In this document: positions 10,760 to 21,983 of the stretch, piece by piece
Numbering within the stretch: position 1 is the first letter of the stretch
How the letters are laid out: every line of letters begins with the position of its first letter
NCBI GenBank assembly: GCA_963666285.1
Contig: OY762711.1
Direction: 5' to 3' (one strand)
Length of the DNA: 64,000 nucleotides
From: Sedimentisphaerales bacterium
Lineage (GTDB): Bacteria > Planctomycetota > Phycisphaerae > Sedimentisphaerales > SM23-30
The notes under the pieces: generated by a model
The model's database searches: none
What the model was told of the DNA's origin: nothing
The model's input: the letters and a program-made list of their open reading frames with translations, nothing else
Program-made: the position numbers and the translations under genes

Positions 10760-11707
10760 TTATTTTTCAGAGGTTGCCTTAACTTTTAACTTATCCTGCT
10801 GCTCTCCAATATGCATCAGCGGCACAGGCATCGGACTGTCACCATTTATAAAATATATCTTACTGGCAGGATCGTTTGAAATATCTGCCAGGGTTTTCAA
10901 CGCCTCAAGCTGGATATACGCGGGGTTCTGCTGGATGGCATCATTGATCTTTTCTATCTCATAAGCCTTCGCATCCGCCAGCATTTTCACCTTCTCCGCC
11001 TCTAACGACGCCGCATCTTTCTCAGCCTGGGCTTCAACTACTACCTGCTCCTGCTCGGTCTTAAACCTGTCCAGCTCGGCTTTCTGCTTCTCTACTTCCT
11101 GTTCACGTTCTTTTTTAGCTTCGATGGCTCTCAGGATAAACTCCGGCAGTTTGATATCCCTCAATAGTACTTCTTCAACTATAATACCCTTTGGAGTCAG
11201 AAATTCTTTCAGATCTTCTGTTAATTTTGACTGCAGCTTACCCTGAACCTCATCCATAAAGAAATCTTCTGCCCGCTTTATGCTTTTGCCCTGCTCCCTC
11301 AGAATTGAACGAAGCTTAGGCACCATATGTACTGATATCGCCTGTTCGGCGGTACCCGTATCCTGCCATATCTTTGGTGCCATCTCACCGTTAATTCGAT
11401 ACTGAACCGAAACTTCTACATCTGTACGCAGCTGATCCTGGCTCGGCACCGCTGCTTTCTCTAGCAAAGTCTTCTGACGGGCGTCAAACAGCTCCCACTT
11501 ATACAGAGGATTCACCGGGAAATGCAATCCCTCTTCATATGATGTCTGCTGAACCTTTCCAAACAATGAGGCCACACCTACATACCCTGGCGGTACAGTC
11601 TTGTACATCTGAAACGCCAGTATAACGACAATAATAACGACAACTGCTACTATCGGGTACCCCGGCTTTATCTTAAACTGCGGCACCTGGTTCCTGTTAT
11701 ATTCCAT
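10760..11707 (-). CDS. SPFH/prohibitin (band 7) family membrane protein
   Basis: N-terminal TM, VPPGYVGV...EGLHF, VEEVLLRDIKLP, coiled-coil tail. Confidence 0.9.
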   Translation of the reverse strand: MEYNRNQVPQFKIKPGYPIVAVVVIIVVILAFQMYKTVPPGYVGVASLFGKVQQTSYEEGLHFPVNPLYKWELFDARQKTLLEKAAVPSQDQLRTDVEVSVQYRINGEMAPKIWQDTGTAEQAISVHMVPKLRSILREQGKSIKRAEDFFMDEVQGKLQSKLTEDLKEFLTPKGIIVEEVLLRDIKLPEFILRAIEAKKEREQEVEKQKAELDRFKTEQEQVVVEAQAEKDAASLEAEKVKMLADAKAYEIEKINDAIQQNPAYIQLEALKTLADISNDPASKIYFINGDSPMPVPLMHIGEQQDKLKVKATSEK

Positions 11708-11811
11708 AATAATACTCCTTCATAATTTCCATGTTTAAGTTGCAATAACGAAGCGCCTTTGGTAAAGGTCCTTCCTGCAACACAATATTTTTAACAACGC
11801 GTAAGACTATT

Positions 11812-11841
11812 TACGCGACAGCTTTAAAACAAGCCGTGAGC
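11812..11841. repeat. 30-bp dispersed repeat (second copy at 19229-19258)
   Basis: TACGCGACAGCTTTAAAACAAGCCGTGAGC vs TACGCGTCAGCTTTAAAATAAGCCGTGAGC, 28/30 identical. Confidence 0.8.
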
Positions 11842-11953
11842 GACAGCGAATTATTCCTAATGTCAACGTACATCAGGACACCTTAACTCTTCACTCTACG
11901 TTCTTAGTTCTTCACTTTCCGCTCTGCGGCAAGCAGCCATCAGTCTGTTTGAG

Positions 11954-13189
11954 TTATTTTGCAAGATCATAGCAAAATAAATTATCCTGATCCCGCAGAT
12001 AAAGCTTCTTACCCGCTACTATCGGATGTGCCCAGGTCTGAGGCTTGCCAAATTCCGGCTGAATAAATCGGCCCTTCTCCTTATATCCTTCCGGTGTCGC
12101 TTCCAGCAGACCAACTTGCCCTTTTGTCTCCGCTCGGACATACAGCCGGCCGTCTGCATAAGCTATCGCCCCTTTTCCGATCTGTCCTTTTTCCGACCAC
12201 ATTATCTCGCCGGTATCAAACTTCTGACAGGTCCAGCCCTTCGCATCACAATGGCCGTAAATATAATCGCCAACGACTACAACTCCGCCAATCTGGTCGG
12301 CAATTGTCTTATTGGAATATACTTCCCTGGCACTGAACTGACCGCCAGACTTACTGACTTCAAACATATTGCAGCCTACACCATATCCGCTGGTAACATA
12401 TACCTTATTTCCTTTTACTACAGGAGTTGGGATAACCGCTGTACGGCCCTTACGTTCCGCCCGCCACAATACCTTGCCATCAGTACCAACACCAACCACA
12501 CTGTTCGGCGTCAACTGAACATATTGCTTTACGCCTTCTATCTCACAGATTACAATCGATGAATAATGTGCGTCATCATTGAATCCGTCCGTACGCCAGA
12601 CAACATCGCCGGTTTTCTTATTCAATGCCATTATCGCACCTTTATTTCCGCCCGGCGTACAAATAAATTTATCTCCATCAATCAGCGGCGATTCGCTATA
12701 GCCCCATTCAGGCTGCTTGCCGCCGAAATCTTCTTTCATATTCTTGGCCCATACCAATGAACCATCACTCGCTTTCAAACACGCCAGCTCGCCATACTGA
12801 CCTATAACATATACCATCCCGTCATCAACTGTCGGGGTACTTCGCGGACCCTGGAAATTACCCCACCCGGGTGCTCCCGCCTTACCAATCTTCTTACTCC
12901 ATATATGTTTGCCGTCAGCAAGGCTGTAGCAATGTGCAATACTGTCATTACCGGCATCACCCATTGTGTAGAATCTATCGCCGGATATCGCTATTCCGCA
13001 ATAGCCGATTCCCAGTCCGGTAGCTTTCCATGCCAGTGGCGGCCCGGCATTAGGCCATTCCTGCAGCAATCCCGTATCTGCTGATTTACCATCCCTCTCA
13101 GGCCCGCGCCATTGATTCCAATCAGCTCCAAAGGATACATAACTTACTACCATCAAAACGATTACAGCTATTTCCATACTTTTTTTCAT
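11954..13189 (-). CDS. PQQ-binding-like (BamB-like) beta-propeller protein, Planctomycete type
   Basis: Signal peptide, [31 protein letters not shown]...LYLRDQ. Confidence 0.88.
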   Translation of the reverse strand: MKKSMEIAVIVLMVVSYVSFGADWNQWRGPERDGKSADTGLLQEWPNAGPPLAWKATGLGIGYCGIAISGDRFYTMGDAGNDSIAHCYSLADGKHIWSKKIGKAGAPGWGNFQGPRSTPTVDDGMVYVIGQYGELACLKASDGSLVWAKNMKEDFGGKQPEWGYSESPLIDGDKFICTPGGNKGAIMALNKKTGDVVWRTDGFNDDAHYSSIVICEIEGVKQYVQLTPNSVVGVGTDGKVLWRAERKGRTAVIPTPVVKGNKVYVTSGYGVGCNMFEVSKSGGQFSAREVYSNKTIADQIGGVVVVGDYIYGHCDAKGWTCQKFDTGEIMWSEKGQIGKGAIAYADGRLYVRAETKGQVGLLEATPEGYKEKGRFIQPEFGKPQTWAHPIVAGKKLYLRDQDNLFCYDLAK

Positions 13190-13314
13190 CTGATTACTCC
13201 GTAAATATATAAATATTGATAGAATTTCAAGAGGTCTGCTCTCCCCCTTTTATAGCCCTTAATATAGTTGGAATTCAAAATTTATGCAAGCCCCACTTAC
13301 CTTTTACCTATCCC

Positions 13315-13800
13315 CTAATTTTTATCTCTAAACGCCGCAAACCGGATCGTATCCAGCCCCGCAGCTCCAACTGCCTCTATCGCCGGACGCATATCCTCAC
13401 AAGACAAACTCCCATCCCCACGCAGCCTCACAACCGGCTCTTTCATTGCTTTTTTCAGCTCCGTTATCTGGCAGGCCAATTCAGTCGTCAAAACTTCTCG
13501 GCTGCTGTATTTACTCACCGGATAATCCTTATTATCGACCGAATATATTATACTCCCGGCATCACCGGCACGTTCTGACCACACCAGGATCTCAATCTCG
13601 TTTTCCTTACTAACCTTATCGATCACCGCTGTCTCACAATCATCCGGCACGCTCACCAGCTCTTCATCCTGGCTGATAAACTGACAGATCAGCATAAAAA
13701 ACACTATCAGCAGAAACACAACGTCAATCATCGGCGTCATATTAAACTGCGCCATCCTGTGCCTTACTTTACTATTACGTATCTTCTTAGCTAACATCAC
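13315..13800 (-). CDS. exbD: ExbD/TolR-family biopolymer transport protein
   Basis: NMTPMIDVVFLLIVFFM, VRLRGD. Confidence 0.85.
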   Translation of the reverse strand: MMLAKKIRNSKVRHRMAQFNMTPMIDVVFLLIVFFMLICQFISQDEELVSVPDDCETAVIDKVSKENEIEILVWSERAGDAGSIIYSVDNKDYPVSKYSSREVLTTELACQITELKKAMKEPVVRLRGDGSLSCEDMRPAIEAVGAAGLDTIRFAAFRDKN

Positions 13801-14005
13801 TATCTCTAATAATTTCCAAAATATTATTTTTCAATTCTTCACCATTCGCCGCCAATGTTTCCTTGGAACTTATTCTATGCTCATCTCCGCTAGAGTCAAA
13901 CACTAAACCGCCGACTACCAAATATCACACCTTCCGCTATTCACAACGCCTTTGTTATTATCTATCTTAATTGCATAATCTAACAAAGCACCATCCAATT
14001 CACCT

Positions 14006-14034
14006 AAAAAAATGTCCGCCAACCGACGGACATT
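14006..14034 (-). terminator. Intrinsic terminator downstream of pyrG
   Basis: AATGTCCG/CGGACATT stem with a T-tract on the minus strand. Confidence 0.6.
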
Positions 14035-14171
14035 CATATTCTTTAATTTACTTGTGCGAAGCTGTTAAAACTAGTCGCGAGCATAAGCGAGTAACCTCAA
14101 CTCTTCACCCGCTTGCGACATGCGAAGCATACTTAACTCTTCGTTCTTCACTTGTATTAGACATATAGTGT

Positions 14172-15950
14172 CTAATACAATGTCTTCTCCTTATGCAGTA
14201 TCTCTATCGATTCCAACGCACTCGGCAGCTTCTCATCGGGATACGCCTTCATCCGACCGGCAGCTACCAGCCCGACAAACATCTCCTGCGGTGCCATCGG
14301 CACACTCGTCATACAAGGATGCGCCTGCGTTCCGATATAGAAAGGATGCTCCGGCAATTCCAGTATCTGCATAATCGGTTCACCTGGTGCCGTCCCCGAA
14401 AATACCAGCCCGCCGGCCTCCAGCTTCTCGATATAATTCGGATCAACTTCCAGCCTGTGCCTGAACCTCATCCGCACCGATTCTTTCTCGCCAAACATCT
14501 TCCACGCGATCGTATCTTTCTTTATCGATACATCTCGACCGCCAAGCCGCATATTACCGCCCAGCCCCTTAATTCCCTTCTGCTCCGGCAATATACTTAT
14601 CACCGGCTCACTGCATTTCGGATCAACCTCGGTACTATTCGCTCCCTCTATACCGCACACATTCCTCGCATATTCAATCACCGCCATCTGGAACCCGAAA
14701 CATATACCCAGGTACGGCAGGTTATTCTCACGCGCATATTTCACACACGCTATTTTTCCCTCCGCTCCACGCGCTCCAAAACCGCCCGGCACAATTATGC
14801 CATGCACATCTTTAAGCTTTTCGGCTACATTCTCATCGGTTATATCTGTCGTATCGATCCAGTCGATCTTAACCTTCGTATACAGGTTCGTTCCGCTATT
14901 CTCCAGGGCATGAATAATACTCGCATAACTGTCACGCAGCGAGGTATACTTCCCTGTTATACCAATTGTTATTTCATATTTATCTTTTTCCAGCTTATCG
15001 ACAAAAGTTGTCCATTTCAGCCACTGCTGACGCTCATGCTGAAGGTTCACCCGCTGCTCCAGCTTCAACAACTTCAGCACCTCAAAGTCATAGCCCAGGT
15101 CTCGCAGCATCTGCGGGATCACATAGATACTCTCACAGTCATGCATACTAAACACCCGCCCCAGCGGCACGTTTGTATATTGGGCAATCTTCTGGCGAAC
15201 CTTCTCGTTTACCGGCCTTGATGCCCGGCATGCGATTATGTGCGGCTGAACCCCCATCTCCATCAAACGCTTAATTCCCAGCTGAGCAGCCTTGGACTTC
15301 TGCTCACCCAGGGTTTTAGGCTCCAGAACATGCGTCAACGCCACAAAACAGACAGAGTTCGGCCCTTCCTCATAGGCCAGCTCACGCATCGCCTCGATAT
15401 AATATGCATTCTCAACGTCACCAACCGTACCGCCGATCTCGACAAACACCACATCAGACTGAGACTGAACCGCCAGCTCGCGCAAACGGAACTTCACCTC
15501 ACCGGTAACATGCGGGATCATCTGCACATCTCGGCCCAGGTAATCGCCATGCCGCTCCCTGTTAAGTACCGTCGTATATATCTGGCCGCTGGTAGTAAAG
15601 TTCTTACCACTCAGGTTCTTATTCAGCATACGTTCATAAGTACCCAGGTCCATATCACATTCCATACCGTCATCCAGCACATATACCTCGCCATGACGGA
15701 ACGGGTTCAACGTACCGGAATCGATATTCAGATACCCTTCCAGCTTAATCGGCGAAATATTCAGCCCCTTATCCTGCAGCAGCTTCGCCAGCGAAGATGA
15801 AAATATCCCCTTGCCAAGCCCGCTGATTACCGTACCCATAATCACAACATACTTACAGCGGCCTCGTATATAGCCGTCAGGCATAAGTGTATAAAATTCT
15901 GTATCATCTGACGCCTGGCTTACACTATTTAGCAATTCTTCCGTGTTCAA
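14172..15950 (-). CDS. pyrG: CTP synthase
   Basis: SGLGKG, NPFRHGEVYV, EIGGTVGD, VPGGFG, LGICFGFQ, RFRHR. Confidence 0.97.
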   Translation of the reverse strand: MNTEELLNSVSQASDDTEFYTLMPDGYIRGRCKYVVIMGTVISGLGKGIFSSSLAKLLQDKGLNISPIKLEGYLNIDSGTLNPFRHGEVYVLDDGMECDMDLGTYERMLNKNLSGKNFTTSGQIYTTVLNRERHGDYLGRDVQMIPHVTGEVKFRLRELAVQSQSDVVFVEIGGTVGDVENAYYIEAMRELAYEEGPNSVCFVALTHVLEPKTLGEQKSKAAQLGIKRLMEMGVQPHIIACRASRPVNEKVRQKIAQYTNVPLGRVFSMHDCESIYVIPQMLRDLGYDFEVLKLLKLEQRVNLQHERQQWLKWTTFVDKLEKDKYEITIGITGKYTSLRDSYASIIHALENSGTNLYTKVKIDWIDTTDITDENVAEKLKDVHGIIVPGGFGARGAEGKIACVKYARENNLPYLGICFGFQMAVIEYARNVCGIEGANSTEVDPKCSEPVISILPEQKGIKGLGGNMRLGGRDVSIKKDTIAWKMFGEKESVRMRFRHRLEVDPNYIEKLEAGGLVFSGTAPGEPIMQILELPEHPFYIGTQAHPCMTSVPMAPQEMFVGLVAAGRMKAYPDEKLPSALESIEILHKEKTLY

Positions 15951-16158
15951 ATTCTAATATCCTTATCTTATTATTTTATCCTAAATATAACTGGTTTCTA
16001 AACTTTACTTCTACCAAATACCAACTTACCATACCTTAAACTTTAATTTACTCTCGGCAAAACCATTTCTCCCCTCATCCCATTTTATGCCTACGTTTTT
16101 TTATTAATTAATTCATGAGCGTTAGCGAATACCTTCTTTACACTTTTTATTTTACACT

Positions 16159-16896
16159 TTACTCTTTATTCTGAATTCGTTTCACGAATTCAGAATATTG
16201 TTCGGGAGTGTCTATCCCCACCGCCGTATGCTTAACCTCGCCCACCGCGATCGTAAAGCCATTCTCCAAAGCTCGCAGCTGCTCCAGCTTCTCGCTCATC
16301 TCCAGTGGAGTCTGCGCCAGCTTACTGAACTTCAGCAAGGCATCTCGTCTATATGCATATATCCCCAAATGTTTCCGATACATTCCCTGCCAATCCGCCC
16401 CATCTCGATTATAGGGGATCGTACTGCGTGAAAAGTACAATGCATGACTTTTTTTATCCAATACTACCTTTACAACATTCGGATCGGTTACTTCTCTTTC
16501 ATTCTCTATCACCGCACACAGCGTCGCTATATCAACCAATTCATCATTCCGGATCAAGTCCACCAGCAGATCGATACTGCCAGGGTCAATCTCTGGCTCA
16601 TCTCCCTGAACGTTCACGATCAGCTCGATCTCTGGCCGCTTCTCGGCAACCTCCGCCAACCGGTCAGTTCCGCACTGATGGTCATCTCGGGTCATCTCAT
16701 ACACTCCACCAAAGCTCTCACACGCCTCGGCAATACGTACATCATCCGTTGCTATCAATACCGAATCCAGGCTTTTAGCTTTACTTACCTGTTCATAGAC
16801 ATGCTCGATCAGATATTTTCCGGTCTCTTTTGCCAGCGGCTTACCCGGAAATCTGGTCGATGCATAGCGGGCGGGTATAATCGCAGTAATACTCAC
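16159..16896 (-). CDS. kdsB: 3-deoxy-manno-octulosonate cytidylyltransferase
   Basis: IIPARYASTRFPGKPL, VNVQGDEP, EKLEQLRALE. Confidence 0.97.
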   Translation of the reverse strand: MSITAIIPARYASTRFPGKPLAKETGKYLIEHVYEQVSKAKSLDSVLIATDDVRIAEACESFGGVYEMTRDDHQCGTDRLAEVAEKRPEIELIVNVQGDEPEIDPGSIDLLVDLIRNDELVDIATLCAVIENEREVTDPNVVKVVLDKKSHALYFSRSTIPYNRDGADWQGMYRKHLGIYAYRRDALLKFSKLAQTPLEMSEKLEQLRALENGFTIAVGEVKHTAVGIDTPEQYSEFVKRIQNKE

Positions 16897-17382
16897 AAAA
16901 ACATTTCCTAACTAAAAAATAATACTTTAAAAGTATCAAATTACATAATTTATGAGTAAAAAAATAAAGCAATCTTGCAAGCTACTTATTCATAAGTACT
17001 TAAATCAGACTCTGTGTCAACAGAAACCTTAAATTATTACTTATATCTTGTATCTTATCACTTTATTTTCCTCTTTTTTACTGCCCGAATATCTTAACCG
17101 AAACCCATCCCAATGTCAAAATCTATACTTATCATAAAAAAATTTACCCATCTAATCCAAAATCGGCATAATAAAACTATTTAATACGTTAAAACATAAA
17201 TAGTTAGATTCTAATCGCCAATCGACCTTTCTCCTGACCTAATCTCTAACACGACCTTTGATAGTTTACTCCCCGTTCTTTCTCCTCGATCGCCGCTGTT
17301 CTTTTTTTCATTTTCTTCCAATATTTTGCGGTTATAATATTATTTACCGTATTTTCCAAGATTCAAATGATTTACGATAATT

Positions 17383-19053
17383 GTGTTTAAGAAGAATGCC
17401 CTTATGTTAAATATACAAAAAAATCCCATAAACTTATTTTCTTACGGCATACTATGTCTGGTTTTATCTGTCTTTATCAATGGCTGTAATACTCCTGCAG
17501 ATACCATCATCGAAACTCATGATTCTGCTGCTGTTGCCCCTTCATTATTCATCGCCGGTGATTCTACCGCCAGCAACGGACAGGACTTCGGATGGGGCAG
17601 CCATCTCCAGAAATTCTTCGATCAAAACCAATTAACTGTCTTCAACCGGGCACGCGGCGGACGCAGCAGTCGTACTTTTATTACCGAAGGCATCTGGGAC
17701 ACTATCAAAAAACAACTTAAACCCGGCGATACCGTTATTATCCAATTTGGACATAACGATGCAGGAAAAATCAATGACAGCAGGCGTGCCAGGGCCTCAA
17801 TCGCAACCCTCGGCGATGAAACTATCGAGATTGATAATCAGACCACCGGCAAACATGAAGTAGTCCATACTTTCGGCTGGTACATGCGAAAAATGATTAA
17901 CGATACCAGGGCAAAAGGGGCAACTCCAATCGTAATGAGCATGACCGCACGCAACGTCTGGCATAAAGACCTGATCGAACGTACAAATACATTTTGCAGC
18001 CTGGCAAAAGAACTGGCAACACAGGAAAATGTAACCTTCATAGACCTGCGGAATATGATTGCCGACCAATACCAGCTGCTCGGCCCCGTACGCGTCCGCC
18101 AACTATTCCCCAAAGACCATACACACACCGGCCCGGACTGTGCATTTATCAATGCGGCAATGGTAGTTTCCGGGCTCAAAGCTATCGATAGCCCGCTAAC
18201 TGACAAGCTCTCAGAGTTGGGCCGGAGTGTTACCCCTTATAATCCGCCTGTTATCGTAGAGCAAGTCAGGCAATGGCTGATCGCACCTTGGATGCCGAAA
18301 GCTCAACCTGTCTCTGACCCGGCCTTACCCGCCCTTTATGCTATCGGCGATTCAACTGTTCGCAACGGCACCCGCGGAGATGGCTCCAACGGCCAATGGG
18401 GCTGGGCTGCTCCTATCGCTGATTTCTTCGATCGAACCAGACTGAACGTCGAAAACCATGCGCTCGGCGGCACCAGCAGCAGAAGTTATCGTTCTTTGGG
18501 ACTATGGCAGCCCGTCCTGGCCAAAGTCAAACCCGGAGATTTCGTCATTATGCAGTTTGGACATAATGATAGCGGACCGCTTAACGATCGGAGACGTGCT
18601 CGGGGAACTATAAAGGGCTATGGCGAAGAATCAGAAGAGATTGACAATATGCTGACAGGTAAGCATGAAACGGTCCATTCCTACGGCTGGTATATCAGGC
18701 AGTATATCAAAGAAACAAAAGCCAAAGGGGCCGTTCCAATTGTCTGTTCACCTATCCCTCGCAACCGCTGGGCCGCTGGCAAAATCAACCGGGATATCAA
18801 CAGCTATACACAATGGGCCGCCCAGGTAGCACAACAGGAAAACGTGCCATTTATCAACCTGAACCAGTTGGTTTGCGACCACTTCGACGAGGTCGGCCAG
18901 GATACCGTTACCGCTCTTTACTTTGACAAAGGCGAAACAACTCATCCCAACGCTGCCGGGGCACAAACAATTGCAACCATTGTCGCAAAAGCTGTTAAGT
19001 CACTACCCGACTGCCAACTGTCCGATTATCTCATCATCGTCAAACCCCAATAA
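17383..19053 (+). CDS. Tandem-domain SGNH rhamnogalacturonan acetylesterase (CE12-like), probable lipoprotein
   Basis: Two GDST...GWG...QFGHND domains; lipobox INGC; start may be the ATG at 17404. Confidence 0.85.
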   Translation: MFKKNALMLNIQKNPINLFSYGILCLVLSVFINGCNTPADTIIETHDSAAVAPSLFIAGDSTASNGQDFGWGSHLQKFFDQNQLTVFNRARGGRSSRTFITEGIWDTIKKQLKPGDTVIIQFGHNDAGKINDSRRARASIATLGDETIEIDNQTTGKHEVVHTFGWYMRKMINDTRAKGATPIVMSMTARNVWHKDLIERTNTFCSLAKELATQENVTFIDLRNMIADQYQLLGPVRVRQLFPKDHTHTGPDCAFINAAMVVSGLKAIDSPLTDKLSELGRSVTPYNPPVIVEQVRQWLIAPWMPKAQPVSDPALPALYAIGDSTVRNGTRGDGSNGQWGWAAPIADFFDRTRLNVENHALGGTSSRSYRSLGLWQPVLAKVKPGDFVIMQFGHNDSGPLNDRRRARGTIKGYGEESEEIDNMLTGKHETVHSYGWYIRQYIKETKAKGAVPIVCSPIPRNRWAAGKINRDINSYTQWAAQVAQQENVPFINLNQLVCDHFDEVGQDTVTALYFDKGETTHPNAAGAQTIATIVAKAVKSLPDCQLSDYLIIVKPQ

Positions 19054-19274
19054 ACTCACCTATTGAAACAACTGAAATATTAAAGACAGCTTAGCCGTCC
19101 CCGTCGTTCCTATCCTGAGTAAGTCAAAAGAAGTCGCTTAAGATATGTCATCTTAAACTCTCTCTTCTCGCTTCTATCTCCTAACTCTTCTCATCCTTCA
19201 GGTGCCGCAATTATGATTGAACTTTACCTACGCGTCAGCTTTAAAATAAGCCGTGAGCCGCCGGGCGATACCTT

Positions 19275-19302
19275 CACATCATTGGACTTGTCCAATGATG
19301 TG
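19275..19302. repeat. Perfect inverted repeat with 13-bp arms
   Basis: CACATCATTGGAC-TT-GTCCAATGATGTG in a repeat-rich intergenic region. Confidence 0.7.
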
Positions 19303-19440
19303 CCCCAGTGCGAAGCACGTATTTCTTCTTCACTGAACGCTGGCCGCTCGTAGCTCGTAGCTGATTGCCTGTTCTACTGCTCATCTGCTCTAAGCTCTAG
19401 CCATAATCATAAAATATACACCTTCATTAAAAAACATACA

Positions 19441-19469
19441 GGCTCCCAATCCATTGCAGATCAGGAGCC
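19441..19469 (-). terminator. GGCTCC/GGAGCC hairpin after PEP-CTERM copy 3
   Basis: Homologous to hairpins at 20116-20147 and 21922-21966. Confidence 0.5.
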
Positions 19470-19496
19470 AAAAGCCTTATGTATAGAAGTTGAGTG

Positions 19497-20099
19497 TCAC
19501 ATCCTTCTAATTAATAATCCACCTAATCCTAGTAGAACTAAGGAGCAAGGTTCAGGGACTATAGTAAACTTAATGTTGTCAATCACTGGGTCATAGCCTG
19601 TTTGATTTTTCAATTCAATAGAAAAAGTATCATAGGAACCATCCCCATCATTATCAACATCCCAAATGCCAGTAATTAAGTTAGCAACAGAATCATCATA
19701 TTCCCTACAAATGATTTCAATATGAGGTTGATAAACTTGATTAGGAGAATATGCATCTTGATAGCTAAATATTTTATTTATTGAACCACCTGATAGTGTA
19801 GCTTTTGAGTATTCTTCTAAATACAATCTATCTATATATCCTCCAAGGACTGAAAGAGTAGTATTGTCATTTAGAGTAATAGCTTCAATGCCACCAATAT
19901 TAGCCTGAAGAGGAGCCGTATCGATAATGTTAATTGTTGCATAATTAAATGCTTCAATATGGTCTGCACCTCCTCCCGTTACTTCTATGGAATCGTTACC
20001 ATATAAACTTACTTCGTACTCGTAACTATCAGAAATAGCATAAGCAGCAGCATTAGTAATACCTGCTAACAATAACAATATACATAACATCTTTTTCAT
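19497..20099 (-). CDS. PEP-CTERM surface protein, paralogue 3
   Basis: Signal peptide; VPEPCSLVLLGLGGLLIRR C-terminus. Confidence 0.9.
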   Translation of the reverse strand: MKKMLCILLLLAGITNAAAYAISDSYEYEVSLYGNDSIEVTGGGADHIEAFNYATINIIDTAPLQANIGGIEAITLNDNTTLSVLGGYIDRLYLEEYSKATLSGGSINKIFSYQDAYSPNQVYQPHIEIICREYDDSVANLITGIWDVDNDGDGSYDTFSIELKNQTGYDPVIDNIKFTIVPEPCSLVLLGLGGLLIRRM

Positions 20100-20115
20100 A
20101 ATTTACTCCTTGAAT

Positions 20116-20147
20116 AAGGCTCCCAGTCCCAAGGGACAAGGAGCCTT
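20116..20147 (-). terminator. GGCTCC/GGAGCC hairpin after PEP-CTERM copy 2
   Basis: AAGGCTCC...GGAGCCTT. Confidence 0.5.
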
Positions 20148-20170
20148 AATCTTAATGGATAGAAGTTGAG

Positions 20171-20767
20171 TTACTTCTTTCTAATCAATAATCCACCTAA
20201 TCCTAGTAGAACTAAAGAACAAGGTTCAGGGACTATAGTAAACTTAATATTCTCAATAACAGGGTCATAGCCTGTTTGATTTTTCAATTCAATAGAAAAA
20301 GTATCATAGGAACCGTCTCCATCATTATCAACATCCCATACTCCAGTAATTAAGTTAGCAATAGAATCATCATATTCCCTGCATTTGATTTCAATATGAG
20401 GTTGATGAACTTGATTAGGAGAATATGCATCTTGATAGCTAAAGATTTTATTGATTGAGCCACCTGATAGTGTAGCTGTTGAATAGCTATAAATATTAAA
20501 ATCATTAATATCTCCACCCAAGACACCAAGCATGCTATTTCCTGAAATTGATATAGATGCTATTCCACCGACTCCAAATTCATATTCGGCTGTGTTTTGA
20601 ATAGTTATTTCACTGTTTCCATTAGCTATTATTGATTCAGCTCCGCCACCAGTTACAAGTAGAGTATCATTATTATCAAGGATTACACTATACTCATAAG
20701 TTTCAGATATGACCATAGCATTTATTGAGCAAGTAAGCAAAAACAATATACATAACATCTTTTTCAT
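20171..20767 (-). CDS. PEP-CTERM surface protein, paralogue 2
   Basis: Signal peptide; VPEP-TM-RKK. Confidence 0.9.
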   Translation of the reverse strand: MKKMLCILFLLTCSINAMVISETYEYSVILDNNDTLLVTGGGAESIIANGNSEITIQNTAEYEFGVGGIASISISGNSMLGVLGGDINDFNIYSYSTATLSGGSINKIFSYQDAYSPNQVHQPHIEIKCREYDDSIANLITGVWDVDNDGDGSYDTFSIELKNQTGYDPVIENIKFTIVPEPCSLVLLGLGGLLIRKK

Positions 20768-20780
20768 AACTTTATTCTCC

Positions 20781-21917
20781 TTATTTAGTTTTATCTTTCT
20801 TAGTTTTTTTATCGTCTATTGAATAATAATCATTATACATTTCAGTTAGAATTTCTTCTAACTTGGCTTTCTCTGCATCTATATTTTCAATGGATATTTC
20901 AGAGTCTGGATTATATTTAGCTTCATCTAACATATCCATAATTTGATATATGCCTATTACAAGCATAGTCATATTTTCTTTTTCTGTAGTTTCATCAATA
21001 CTATACTCTTCATCAATTGAGAGACTTGTTGTTTCTAATGACAAAGACATAGAGACCATCATCAAAGCCTCACCACCCAAAGGAGCAGTAATATTCTCAA
21101 ATCTACTATCATAGCTATCTTTCCAACAGGCAGTCCAAAGCCACTCAGGAGTAAATAATGTAAGGTCTGATATGTCTATTTTGTAATCAAGATATAAATT
21201 ACATGCCTCATTCCAGTTATCACAATAGTTAGATGGGAATGAATTAGGGTCAGCCACGTAAGCAGGGTTGTTTGGACTATTGGTTAACCATGCTTCAGAC
21301 ATCAATGCAAACTCATACAGGCTTACAACCCCATCTCCATTTAAATCTCTTTCATTATAAATATCATCTTCACTTAAATCATCGTCACAGGAATAGGCTT
21401 CATCGGCTCCAATATCAATCCAACTTCCCTCAATCCTATTTTCACTGTCAATGTCTTCATAACCGATTTCCGAATTAGTGAAAGATATATTTCCTCTATC
21501 TATCAATTCTGAATTATATGCGAGATGGATATTATTGGGGTCCCCAAAATAGGCAAACATTGGCTTACCAGAGACATTACCATCCCCATAATCAATGTAA
21601 TCAAGTCCATTTGGGTCATTTACAGGGTCATAGATACAACAGTATTCAGGATACTCAATCCCAGACATTTGCTCTCCACCATCGTTATTGTAATATATAA
21701 TACAATTTTGAACATCAGCAAAAGCATTAGGGTCAGATTTTACATAAGATAAGCCTTCATTATAATTATATGCAATAGTATTGTTGTATAATACTGGAGG
21801 TTCATTAGGGTCATATATTCTAACTCCATAATATAATTGATTTTCAGTTCCATTTTTTGTAATAACACAGTTCTTTAAAGTTAAACTGAATTTTTCATCA
21901 ACATAAAAATACACCAT
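20781..21917 (-). pseudogene. 5'-truncated duplicate (C-terminal cassette) of the 22597-25515 gene
   Basis: 21039-21812 near-identical to 22858-23631; no signal peptide; begins right after a terminator T-tract. Confidence 0.75.
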
Positions 21918-21921
21918 AACT

Positions 21922-21966
21922 AAAAACTCAAGGCTCCCAATCTATTACTGATCAGGAGCCTTGAGT
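21922..21966 (-). terminator. Intrinsic terminator after PEP-CTERM copy 1
   Basis: CTCAAGGCTCC...GGAGCCTTGAG followed by TTTTT on the minus strand. Confidence 0.7.
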
Positions 21967-21983
21967 GCGTTACAAAGTAGCAA

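Noticed and set aside
14193..15800. Long + strand ORFs (342 and 186 aa)
   Set aside because: Antisense shadows of pyrG with no recognisable motifs
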